Source of the DNA: a virus
Lineage: Duplodnaviria; Caudoviricetes
IMG/VR virus record: IMGVR_UViG_2906610324_000001
Location: 57,324 to 121,323 of that record
DNA length: 64,000 nt
Reading direction: 5' to 3' (one strand)
A program made the position numbers and the translations under genes. Below are positions 47,973 through 55,720 of the stretch, one piece after another. How positions within the stretch are numbered: position 1 is the first letter of the stretch; the number at the start of each line of letters is the position of its first letter. The notes below the pieces were generated by a model. The model did not search any database. It saw only the letters and a program-made list of their open reading frames with translations, and was not told the DNA's origin.

Positions 47973-48176
47973 TCAATGCTGCGCCGGTCCGGCAAGCGTT
48001 GGGCGCGCACCGAGACGATAGAACGTTAGGGATGCAGGTTGCCAAGTGTTCGGATCCAAAGCGTTGCGGAGCGCCTGCTGAGCGCCGTGAAGCGCAGCGC
48101 GGTCTTCCTCGGCCAAACGATCGTCCATGAGAATGGCCTCAATCTCGAGGAGCTCGGCCGCGATCCGGTCTTGCAT
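47973..48176 (-). CDS. hypothetical protein filling a tRNA spacer
   Basis: stop abuts CCA; SD lies in the antisense of the next tRNA. Confidence 0.55.
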   Translation of the reverse strand: MQDRIAAELLEIEAILMDDRLAEEDRAALHGAQQALRNALDPNTWQPASLTFYRLGARPTLAGPAQH

Positions 48177-48182
48177 GTCTTC

Positions 48183-48258
48183 GCTCCCGTCGCCAAGCGG
48201 TTAAGGCATCGGTTTTACACACCGACATGCGCTCGTTCGATCCGAGCCGGGAGCACCA
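48183..48258 (+). tRNA. tRNA-Val(TAC)
   Basis: cloverleaf, CCA end. Confidence 0.85.
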
Positions 48259-48262
48259 ATTC

Positions 48263-48337
48263 GCGTCCGTAGCTCAGTGGTAGAGCGCGATCTCGACATG
48301 GTCGATGCCGGTGGTTCAATTCCATCCGGACGCACCA
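48263..48337 (+). tRNA. tRNA-Val(GAC)
   Basis: cloverleaf, C33, CCA end. Confidence 0.85.
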
Positions 48338-48345
48338 ACTTCAAC

Positions 48346-48419
48346 GCTCTTGTAGCACAGTGGCAGTGCGACCGCTCGATAAGCGGTTGACGCAGGTTCG
48401 ATTCCTGACTGGAGCACCA
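48346..48419 (+). tRNA. tRNA-Ile(GAT)
   Basis: cloverleaf, C33, CCA end. Confidence 0.8.
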
Positions 48420-48437
48420 ACAACGAGGACGCCGATC

Positions 48438-48635
48438 ATGGTTGTTCTGACGACGCTGATGCAGCGCATGCCGCCGGCGATCCTGCCGCCGGGTGTGCAC
48501 GTCCTGTCGGCCGAGAGCCAGGCCGCGCTCGCGCGCGCCAAGGCGGAGGGCGACGCCATCGCAGCGCGCCACGCGAAACCGGAGCGGCTCGCCGCCGCAA
48601 CCATCGGGAAGATGGATCCGGAGCGTTATACCTGA
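48438..48635 (+). CDS. small hypothetical protein
   Basis: GAGGA SD; 3' end overlaps a tRNA-like gene. Confidence 0.35.
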   Translation: MVVLTTLMQRMPPAILPPGVHVLSAESQAALARAKAEGDAIAARHAKPERLAAATIGKMDPERYT

Positions 48636-48696
48636 CTGGAGATGGAGCGGCCTTTTAACCCGTGCGCAAGTGGTTCGAAACCACCCGGATCCTCCA
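48614..48696 (+). tRNA. atypical tRNA-Lys(TTT)
   Basis: GGATCCG acceptor, CT-TTT-AA loop, T-arm, CCA; aberrant D region. Confidence 0.55.
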
Positions 48697-48701
48697 TCAA
48701 C

Positions 48702-48787
48702 GGACCTGTGCCCCCAGCGGCTAAGGGAGCGGATTCTTAGTCCGTCGGCGCAAGCCATCGTCGGTTCGAGTCCGACCAGGTCCTCCA
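48702..48787 (+). tRNA. tRNA-Lys(CTT) with a long variable arm
   Basis: loop TT-CTT-AG; GGC-GCAA-GCC variable arm; U73. Confidence 0.75.
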
Positions 48788-48853
48788 ATTCGGCGGTGGA
48801 TGACTGCCAACTACCTTACCGATCCACCGCTCGACCGCGGGTAGACTCCCGGC

Positions 48854-49414
48854 ATGAAATACACGAGGGAAGTATTGGCGGCAGCAGCCGCAGATAGCCT
48901 GTCGACCGCCGATGTTTTGCGCCGACTTGATTTGAGGCTCGCGGGTGGAACGTATACCCACATTGGCAGCCTGCTAAAGCGATTTGAGATCGACACGTCG
49001 CACTTTTTAGGCAAGACGCGAAACCGGGGGCCAAATCGCAAAGGAGGGACTGCTAAGCGACCATGGCAGCAAATTCTTGTTCGGCGCCCGACGGGTTCTC
49101 AACGAGTCGAGGCCTTCGTTCTTCGGCGAGCGTTGATCGAGTCCGGTCGCCCATACGTTTGCGCAGAATGCGAGATCCCACCAATCTGGCGCGAGAAGGA
49201 ATTGAGGCTCGAGGTTGAGCACTGCGACGGTGATTTTTGCAACAACGAGGCGGAAAACCTGAAATTCTTGTGCCCGAACTGCCACCAAGTATTCGGGTGG
49301 CGGAAATGTCCGGTCTTGCGAGGTGTGACCAGCACCGCGGAATATGAACGCGCCGCTCGAAAACGGCGTCGACAAAGAGCGCTTGTGGCGGAACAGGTAG
49401 ACGCATCAGTCTGA
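48854..49414 (+). CDS. HNH endonuclease (homing-like)
   Basis: C..C, LEVEH.DGD..NN..ENL.FLCPNCH; C-terminus runs into a tRNA. Confidence 0.8.
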   Translation: MKYTREVLAAAAADSLSTADVLRRLDLRLAGGTYTHIGSLLKRFEIDTSHFLGKTRNRGPNRKGGTAKRPWQQILVRRPTGSQRVEAFVLRRALIESGRPYVCAECEIPPIWREKELRLEVEHCDGDFCNNEAENLKFLCPNCHQVFGWRKCPVLRGVTSTAEYERAARKRRRQRALVAEQVDASV

Positions 49415-49461
49415 GAGGCTGACGGGAAACCATGCCGATTCGATTCCGGCCGGCCGCACCA
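49379..49461 (+). tRNA. tRNA-Leu(GAG), degenerate
   Basis: Leu D-arm, CT-GAG-AG loop; acceptor mismatches. Confidence 0.65.
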
Positions 49462-49462
49462 T

Positions 49463-49960
49463 CTACTCGTCTTCAAAAGTATAATGGCCTTTTTCGATCT
49501 TGGCTTTGGCTTTCTCGAAGTATGACTCAGGTGCAGTATAGGCTTCAGCGTTTGCCGCCTGGAGCCGGTCTCTGGCCGCTCTGTATTCATCTTCGAACCA
49601 AGCAATCTCCTTGCTTGGCCCTATGCGACCTAGATCCTTGAAGATGATCTCGAGATTTTTGTACTCCCCTGCGAGCCGGGTAGCGGTAGGTATGTGCTCA
49701 TCGAGCTTGAGTGCGGTATAAACGGCAGGGATTAGACCTGCCGCGAGTGCTAGTATCGCCGTCGCCACGCGGAAACGATTGTCGGTGCTAATGAGATCCC
49801 AGCCGGCTATGGCGCCAAAAACGATCGGCGTGATAACAAAGGCGATACGTAGCTTCCTTAGAGTTCGCACCCAGATAAACAGCATGGTCGATGTGTAGAG
49901 GCACCGTTCCCACTGTTGCTTGCACTGTGCGCGTAGAGCTTCTGCCGGTGTTTCTATCAA
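49463..49960 (-). CDS. SLATT-like 2TM effector (CBASS)
   Basis: two TM helices, H...A..Y..L, C-terminal KAK.KIE.G.YTF; TTG start overlaps the CD-NTase stop. Confidence 0.75.
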   Translation of the reverse strand: MIETPAEALRAQCKQQWERCLYTSTMLFIWVRTLRKLRIAFVITPIVFGAIAGWDLISTDNRFRVATAILALAAGLIPAVYTALKLDEHIPTATRLAGEYKNLEIIFKDLGRIGPSKEIAWFEDEYRAARDRLQAANAEAYTAPESYFEKAKAKIEKGHYTFEDE

Positions 49961-50826
49961 ATCGGAATGTCCGTTCCAAAGATGCGCTGCCACTCAGTGC
50001 CAGCTAGCGAAGGATATTTTTCTTCGTCGTTCGTTGCTTCGACGGCATTTGAATAGGCAGTCTCTGCTCTTGATTTCCATGCGCTGCCAAGCGCCATAAT
50101 TTCGTAGGTGCCAGGAGCATACAAATAACCGTCGGCACAGTTGATCAGGTAAGCGAAAAAGTCACGACACATCCAATCGTAGTAGGTTTTGCTCTTTCCG
50201 GCATACGACCATTGCTTAAGGAAATCGATGGCGAGCAACTCCAAATAAAATGATTTGAGCGGGACGTTGCAGTTTGCCTGCCACGCCTTGAGCATCCTGA
50301 CCAGATCTCGAGTATTGTTGTTGGTTGCGGTGTTCGAACTGGAAACAGCGGCTGCCTCGGCGTCAGGATCGACGGTTTTGTAGAAACCACCAGCACTGGT
50401 ATAGGGCACCCCGTACTGGCCGCTCTGCAGTTCGAAAGCAGGTAAGAGCTCTATTGCGTAAGTGCCGAAGGGAACCTTCACGACGGGGCCGTCGCCCCGA
50501 ATGTCGGTCTTTTGGAACGAGCCCAGCAATGCGTTCTTGATCTCCTGCAACAATTGGGATTGCTTGTTTCCGGTGCGCTGCTCGAAGCGTTGATACACCT
50601 CATTTGACAGCTTGAAGAGAACATCCACGTCGCGCGGCGGGCGCGTGCGAGTGCCTTTCCCCCAGGACCCAACATAGATGCTGTTCGCGGTGTCTGAGGT
50701 TGAATTGTAGTACTTGCCGTTCAGCACTTTGCACACGCTACCGCGCTTGGTAGCGCCGTCGAGCTTCTGCGCATCCGTAAGACTTATGTTGGTAAGAAAC
50801 TGATCGAAGCGATCGTGAACTGACAT
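49957..50826 (-). CDS. SMODS/CD-NTase nucleotidyltransferase (CBASS cyclase)
   Basis: GSWGKGT..RPPRDVDVLF, ELLPAF, LKAW, KSFYLE. Confidence 0.9.
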   Translation of the reverse strand: MSVHDRFDQFLTNISLTDAQKLDGATKRGSVCKVLNGKYYNSTSDTANSIYVGSWGKGTRTRPPRDVDVLFKLSNEVYQRFEQRTGNKQSQLLQEIKNALLGSFQKTDIRGDGPVVKVPFGTYAIELLPAFELQSGQYGVPYTSAGGFYKTVDPDAEAAAVSSSNTATNNNTRDLVRMLKAWQANCNVPLKSFYLELLAIDFLKQWSYAGKSKTYYDWMCRDFFAYLINCADGYLYAPGTYEIMALGSAWKSRAETAYSNAVEATNDEEKYPSLAGTEWQRIFGTDIPI

Positions 50827-50910
50827 GAAAACCGTGGACAGGATGAAAAACGGCGCGCGAACCTTACCCGTTCAGAAGCTTGGTTGCAAAGCAGCAAATC
50901 AGCAATCTCT

Positions 50911-50985
50911 GCCCATGTCCCCATCTGGCGAAGGGACCGGACTGTCGATCCGGGAGGGCGAGTTCGATCCTCGCCATGGGCGCCA
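50911..50985 (+). tRNA. tRNA-Asp(GTC)
   Basis: cloverleaf, G73, CCA end. Confidence 0.85.
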
Positions 50986-50988
50986 TAA

Positions 50989-51063
50989 CGGAGTGTAGCT
51001 CAGCCCGGCCAGAGCACCGCGTTCGGGACACGGGGGCCGCAGGTTCAAGTCACACTCCGACCA
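50989..51063 (+). tRNA. tRNA-Pro(CGG), T-stem partly deleted
   Basis: CGGAGTG acceptor; 3' half of T-stem missing. Confidence 0.6.
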
Positions 51064-51067
51064 ATTC

Positions 51068-51142
51068 GGGCGCATAGCTCAGCGGTAGAGCCGGCCGGTC
51101 ATAACGGCTTGGTCGTCAGTTCGAATCCGGCTGCGCCTACCA
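51068..51142 (+). tRNA. tRNA(CAT), Ile2 or Met
   Basis: cloverleaf, loop GT-CAT-AA. Confidence 0.8.
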
Positions 51143-51205
51143 CGACAAAAGATCCGAATTTCTTCTTGGAAACGAGAAACCGCAACGCAATCAATGGAGG
51201 TCGCT

Positions 51206-51742
51206 ATGTTCGCCGCAAATCCGGCGCTGGTGTTGAACGCCGACTTCCAGCCGCTGTCCTATTTCCCGCTGTCGCTGTTCGGTTGGGAAATCGCAGTCAA
51301 GGCCGTCGTGAAAGGATCTCACGTCGTGGTCGCGGAATACGACCAGGTCATCCGCAGCCCGTCGACCGAGATGCGGCTGCCGTCGGTGATCGCGCTGCGC
51401 GACTATGTTCGGCCCCCGACGCGGGTCGCCTTCACGCGGTTCAACGTCTTCCTCCGCGATCGCTTTCGTTGCCAGTATTGCGGCGAGCAGCACCTGCGGG
51501 GCGAGCTGACGTTCGACCATGTCGTGCCTCGCGCGGATGGGGGCGAGACGTCCTGGACGAACATCGTCGCGGCGTGCAGCCCCTGCAACACGCGGAAGGA
51601 CCGCTTCCACCTGAAGCCGTTGCGGGCGCCGTTCGAGCCGTCGCAGCACGATCTGATGGCTGCTCAGCGGCTGTTCCCGCCGAACTTCATGCACGAGACC
51701 TGGCAGGACTTCCTGTACTGGGACGTCGAGCTCGAGAAGTAA
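51206..51742 (+). CDS. HNH endonuclease (McrA-like family)
   Basis: LVLNADF.PL, RD.F.CQYCG, TFDHVVPR..GG..SW.N.V.AC..CN..K. Confidence 0.9.
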   Translation: MFAANPALVLNADFQPLSYFPLSLFGWEIAVKAVVKGSHVVVAEYDQVIRSPSTEMRLPSVIALRDYVRPPTRVAFTRFNVFLRDRFRCQYCGEQHLRGELTFDHVVPRADGGETSWTNIVAACSPCNTRKDRFHLKPLRAPFEPSQHDLMAAQRLFPPNFMHETWQDFLYWDVELEK

Positions 51743-51745
51743 TTG

Positions 51746-51779
51746 CCGGCGGCGGCAAGCCTGCCGCCGGTTCGTTTTT
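51746..51779 (+). terminator. hairpin/terminator after HNH gene
   Basis: CCGGCGGCGG..CTGCCGCCGG followed by T run. Confidence 0.45.
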
Positions 51780-51855
51780 CCCCTTAGCTCAGTGGAGTGA
51801 GAGCGCGGCCGTCCGAAGGCCGAGGCCGCTGGTTCGAGTCCAGCAGGGGAAGCCA
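51778..51855 (+). tRNA. tRNA-Arg(CCG)
   Basis: cloverleaf, CCA end. Confidence 0.85.
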
Positions 51856-51941
51856 GATGTCCGAAAAGCGTCGAGACCGCCACTGCCGGTGGACTTGAAG
51901 GAGCCGACGCCTGCCGCGCCAGCGGATAGGACTGCGTGATT

Positions 51942-52029
51942 GGTTGGGTGGCCGAGTGGTTTAAGGCAGCAGTCTTGAAAACTGAAGTGCCGCAAGGCAC
52001 CGTGGGTTCGAATCCTACCCCAACCGCCA
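51942..52029 (+). tRNA. tRNA-Ser(TGA)
   Basis: type II cloverleaf, G73. Confidence 0.92.
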
Positions 52030-52045
52030 ACTTCAGAGATTGCCA

Positions 52046-52516
52046 ATGAAGCGCTGGCTATGCACATTGATGTTCGTCGCGCTCGTAGCCGTCTTTGTTT
52101 GCGGGACCTCATCGGCACAGACGCCATTCGACTTGGCTGAGGAACGTATCGTCGATTGCGCAGCCCATTCCAATCTGCATCCGCCGTACGGTGGTGACAA
52201 CGATGTGATGCAGGTTTGCAGTCGCGAGATCGAGGCCTACCAGCGAGCTTGCGTGGCGCGCGTCGGTGCGGTGCAGGACGCTGAAATAGATTGCGGTATG
52301 GCCGGCGCTGCTTCGGCGCAAAGGATGCAGAACCGCGATCCCGTCGACGTGCAATTCGTCAACTGTCTTAGGGGCAAGGGCAGGGGAATAGAGGCACTGA
52401 GCGTATGTCGCGTGGAGAGACGCGCGTTTGAAGCGAACTGCCAAAAGCGGAAGGACGTCAGCCAATGCCAAAAAGACGCCGAATTTCTAGCGGGTCTCGG
52501 CCTTCGTGAAAGATAA
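52046..52516 (+). CDS. secreted Cys-rich protein
   Basis: signal peptide ..SSA-Q; 8 Cys in the mature part. Confidence 0.6.
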   Translation: MKRWLCTLMFVALVAVFVCGTSSAQTPFDLAEERIVDCAAHSNLHPPYGGDNDVMQVCSREIEAYQRACVARVGAVQDAEIDCGMAGAASAQRMQNRDPVDVQFVNCLRGKGRGIEALSVCRVERRAFEANCQKRKDVSQCQKDAEFLAGLGLRER

Positions 52517-52625
52517 TCCTGACTCAGTTACGCCACGAACTGAATTTAGTCGTGGGACTAACGATCGCGCCTGGCCGGATGTACGCCGGCGCCGCCCAGG
52601 GAGTTTGTAGCCCGGGCACGATCAT

Positions 52626-52701
52626 TGCGGGGTGGAGCAGCGGCAGCTCGTCTGGCTCATAACCAGAAGGTCGGGGGTTCGAGTCCCTTCCACCGCAACC
52701 A
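52626..52701 (+). tRNA. tRNA-fMet-like (CAT)
   Basis: GCGGGGTGGAGCAG..GCTCG initiator-type D-arm. Confidence 0.8.
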
Positions 52702-52703
52702 AT

Positions 52704-52816
52704 TCTGCTGCCGGGTGTCGCGCCCGCGCGCTAGGCCCGCAACCTCGGATTAAGTTCGGAGGCACTGGGAAGGGACAGTCGGCATCGGCATCGGCTTCGG
52801 CCCGGCAGCAGATCCA
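52704..52816 (+). ncRNA. unclassified structured RNA with a 12-bp terminal stem and NCCA end
   Basis: TCTGCTGCCGGG/CCCGGCAGCAGA followed by TCCA, between two tRNAs. Confidence 0.5.
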
Positions 52817-52820
52817 TTGC

Positions 52821-52908
52821 GCGCAGACACTGTGGCACGTGGCGAGCCCAACGCGCTGTAAACGCGCCGGTTAAACCTGTGGCGGTTCGACTCCGTCTCT
52901 GCGCACCA
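52821..52908 (+). tRNA. atypical tRNA-Tyr(GTA)
   Basis: CT-GTA-AA loop, variable arm, T-arm, CCA; aberrant D region. Confidence 0.65.
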
Positions 52909-52914
52909 ATTCAA

Positions 52915-52988
52915 GCGGGTAAATGATTACGGTAGTCGGTCGGTGTGCCACACCGGCAGCCCGGGTTCGACTCCCGGTGCCCGCACCA
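52915..52988 (+). tRNA. tRNA-Gly(GCC)
   Basis: cloverleaf, CCA end. Confidence 0.8.
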
Positions 52989-53026
52989 AATCGGCGGTTT
53001 GCGAAATTGCGCAAACTCGCAACTTC

Positions 53027-53101
53027 GCCCGGATAGCTCAGCGGTAGAGCGGCACGTTGAAGGCGTGCGCGTCAGTGGTTCGATTCCATTTCCGGGCACC
53101 A
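53027..53101 (+). tRNA. tRNA-Phe(GAA)
   Basis: cloverleaf, CCA end. Confidence 0.88.
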
Positions 53102-53140
53102 AATCCTCCGAGGTACGTCAGTGTACCTCAACGTACATTC

Positions 53141-53213
53141 GGGGCACGCGCTGGGTCCGCGGGCATGCTTTGCAAGCAAGCTGAGCTCGGTTCGATTCCG
53201 AGGTGCTCCACCA
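53141..53213 (+). tRNA. tRNA-Ala(TGC), short D-arm
   Basis: G3.U70, TT-TGC-AA loop, CCA end. Confidence 0.7.
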
Positions 53214-53224
53214 TGATAGCCCAT

Positions 53225-54490
53225 TTAGGCGATAGACTTCAGATGAGTCGATGATCGTAGGAAGAACAAAAAGTACGGTTCGATGATATCGAGCACGTCC
53301 TCGTCCCATTCGATAACCGTCGCTTCTTGGACAAGCTTTGCGAGCTTGTCCATCTGCTCTAAGGCTTGGCTGACGCTCGAGCCGGATGGACGATCCTCGA
53401 GGCAAACCGCAGCGGTGCGCTTGAGTAGGTCGTCGTATTTGAACGCAAGCTGCGGCGGATCGGCTTTCATTGCGAGCAAAACGCAGCGGTAGACGTCGCC
53501 CTTACTGCCATCGTTAAATAGATACACTTTTCGATCCATGCCGCGCTGTCTCGGGCCAGAATGAAGTTGAGATAACATGGAGGAGAAGTTGGTGAGGGTC
53601 GATGTGCGCTCAAACACCTGCTGCATCGTCACGAAATCGGGATCAATCCTGACCTGGTCTGGCAGCGCGTCCCTTATAGCGTTCTCGAAACAAAAATTCA
53701 GACAGATTGCTTGCATGAGCTGCGGTGAGCCAAAGGCTTCGGCAACGAGTTGCCTCACTACATTCGGTGAGAGATCAACGTTCAACTCGCGGAAGCCCAA
53801 GTACGCAATCTGCGAAAGTTCGTCATCACTCCAATAGCCACTGTCGATGCCCGTTACACGCCCCCTAAGTTCAGGGTTGCTCCTGACCACGTCATCTCGG
53901 CGATGGGGGACGGACGCCGTGCATATACGGATGCCGGCCTCAGCTGCCGCTTTGATTTGCCTTCCAATTTCCTCCTGCACCTCTTTTGGGATGTAGTGAA
54001 AGTCATCCACGAAGACCACAAAGCTGCTGTGCGCAATCTCCTTAATCACCTGCTGCAAGCCGTCGCTCTTGTAGTTGCGAGTGACGTCAGCCGTTCTATC
54101 GTGGCCCACGGACGCCTTTCCGCCGGCCTTTGCTTCCGCCAGAAATGGAACGCCTGCTTTGCCTTCGGCTACAGCCTCAACGCCAAACTTCGTTGTGGAA
54201 CCAACTTTTTCAGACTTGGAGTGCGGTGCGTCCATCCATTGCAATACGTTCGACCAAAGCTCGTCTGCACTGCGGATGGTTGAGCCGGTCAGTGGGATTA
54301 GATTGTCTGGTTCGATGATCTTGCTTACCAGCACGGTCTTTCCCGATTTGGACGGCCCCGATATCGAGACAATCATTTTAGGGACTTCAAATGCTTCCCT
54401 GAGCCGGTCCTCCAGCTTGTGCACCGGTCGTTGGACGTAGGTGAACGTCGGTACATCGTTCGGAGTGAAGACCTCTGTTGGCTTGGCCAT
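53225..54490 (-). CDS. AAA/STAND-like P-loop ATPase, orphan
   Basis: GPSKSGKT Walker A, VFVDDFH Walker B, GSPQLMQ; lower GC. Confidence 0.85.
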   Translation of the reverse strand: MAKPTEVFTPNDVPTFTYVQRPVHKLEDRLREAFEVPKMIVSISGPSKSGKTVLVSKIIEPDNLIPLTGSTIRSADELWSNVLQWMDAPHSKSEKVGSTTKFGVEAVAEGKAGVPFLAEAKAGGKASVGHDRTADVTRNYKSDGLQQVIKEIAHSSFVVFVDDFHYIPKEVQEEIGRQIKAAAEAGIRICTASVPHRRDDVVRSNPELRGRVTGIDSGYWSDDELSQIAYLGFRELNVDLSPNVVRQLVAEAFGSPQLMQAICLNFCFENAIRDALPDQVRIDPDFVTMQQVFERTSTLTNFSSMLSQLHSGPRQRGMDRKVYLFNDGSKGDVYRCVLLAMKADPPQLAFKYDDLLKRTAAVCLEDRPSGSSVSQALEQMDKLAKLVQEATVIEWDEDVLDIIEPYFLFFLRSSTHLKSIA

Positions 54491-54630
54491 GGCTATTTTC
54501 CTGGGGCGATCATCGTGTCGCCGACGACCCTGCCGGCGGGACACTGATCACGCGCGAAGGCATCCAACCATAGGGTGTGGGTCAGGGTCCATCATCCTTA
54601 TTGATCGGTGGAAAACCTCCGCCGCAGCCT

Positions 54631-54704
54631 TTCCCGATCCGCTAACGGTAAGCGGCCCGACTGTTAATCGGTCCATCCAGGTTCGAGTCCTGGTCGGGGA
54701 GCCA
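54631..54704 (+). tRNA. tRNA-Asn(GTT)
   Basis: cloverleaf, G73. Confidence 0.8.
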
Positions 54705-54708
54705 AACT

Positions 54709-55056
54709 TTAGTTTGGAAGAGGAAGAGCGATATCCGGAAATTTCCTACTGACGATCTCGCAAAGTCTGAGGAAGTGATCCCGGTGCAGCTTTCTGCCGA
54801 TGGGCTCGTTGCCCTTAAAAAGTGCCGCCGTGCCGAGATGAAGCTTCAGGCCGATGTGGCGATCTCGGCCGCCGACGCAATGGGCATGAGGTCGTGAGGG
54901 GAAGGGGTCAACGTCGTACTTGTGAACGCGCCATACCTCTCCGCCGACACGGTAATCCTTCTGCATGAGTTCTCGACCCAGACCATCAACGATCCGGATG
55001 TCGCCGAGGTCGACGCAGATATAGTCGTCAGCTTCATCAACAATTTCGTCCGACAT
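54709..55056 (-). CDS. hypothetical protein with H..D.DPFPS.PHAH motif
   Basis: AGGAGG SD; fills a tRNA spacer. Confidence 0.65.
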   Translation of the reverse strand: MSDEIVDEADDYICVDLGDIRIVDGLGRELMQKDYRVGGEVWRVHKYDVDPFPSRPHAHCVGGRDRHIGLKLHLGTAALFKGNEPIGRKLHRDHFLRLCEIVSRKFPDIALPLPN

Positions 55057-55094
55057 GCGGGGCCTCCTACAGGCGCGCGAATGTATGGCCGAAT

Positions 55095-55169
55095 GCTGCC
55101 ATCGTCTAGCGGCCAGGATGACCGCCTCTCGAGCGGTCGACACGGGTTCGAGTCCCGTTGGCAGCGCCA
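55095..55169 (+). tRNA. tRNA-Glu(CTC)
   Basis: cloverleaf. Confidence 0.88.
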
Positions 55170-55172
55170 ATT

Positions 55173-55250
55173 CGACCCGTAGCTCAGTGGAGAAAGAGCG
55201 TCCTGCTACGAACGGGAAGGGCGGGGGTTCGAGTCCCTCCGGGTCGTCCA
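55173..55250 (+). tRNA. tRNA-Arg(ACG)
   Basis: cloverleaf. Confidence 0.85.
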
Positions 55251-55254
55251 TCAT

Positions 55255-55330
55255 CAGGGCGTAGGGTAGCGGCTAACCCGCCGGTTTTGGGTACCGGATC
55301 CCGTCGGTTCGAGTCCGACCGCCTTGACCA
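55255..55330 (+). tRNA. tRNA-Pro(TGG)
   Basis: cloverleaf, C1-G72. Confidence 0.85.
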
Positions 55331-55337
55331 CCATCAT

Positions 55338-55413
55338 CGCCTCTTAGCTCAGATGGAAGAGCACCGCGCTCTGAACGCGGAGGTCCGCGGTTCGAGGCCG
55401 CGAGAGGCAGCCA
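55338..55413 (+). tRNA. tRNA-Gln(CTG)
   Basis: cloverleaf. Confidence 0.82.
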
Positions 55414-55414
55414 T

Positions 55415-55489
55415 GGTGCGGTGGCGAAATGGGAACGCTGCGGTCTGCAAAACCGCCACGAGCCGGTTCGATCCCGGCCCGCACATCCA
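55415..55489 (+). tRNA. tRNA-Cys(GCA)
   Basis: cloverleaf, U73. Confidence 0.82.
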
Positions 55490-55535
55490 TAGAAAAAGCG
55501 CCAACGCCGAAGATTATTTTTCAGATCTGTTGCAA

Positions 55536-55611
55536 GCGCTCGTGGGCCAACTGGACGGCCAGCGGAATTCTACTCCGCCGCATGCGGGTTCGAGTCCTGC
55601 CGAGCGCGCCA
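55536..55611 (+). tRNA. tRNA-Arg(TCT)
   Basis: cloverleaf, loop AT-TCT-AC. Confidence 0.82.
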
Positions 55612-55720
55612 GCTAACCATCCGGGAGAACGACCTGTGATCAGTCTCGATCTCAGGCTGTTTTTCGACTAAAAGATCGCCTTTATCGCAGGCTCCTGTTC
55701 GAGCCGACTGGGGCGACCCC

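Noticed and set aside
52994-53020. Extra copy of the early-cluster hairpin motif
   Set aside because: Shares only TTGCGCA; it is a different spacer hairpin with no SD or start codon.
55560-55580. Amber-suppressor (CTA) reading of the 55536 tRNA
   Set aside because: The 5-bp stem and 7-nt loop place TCT, not CTA, at the anticodon.
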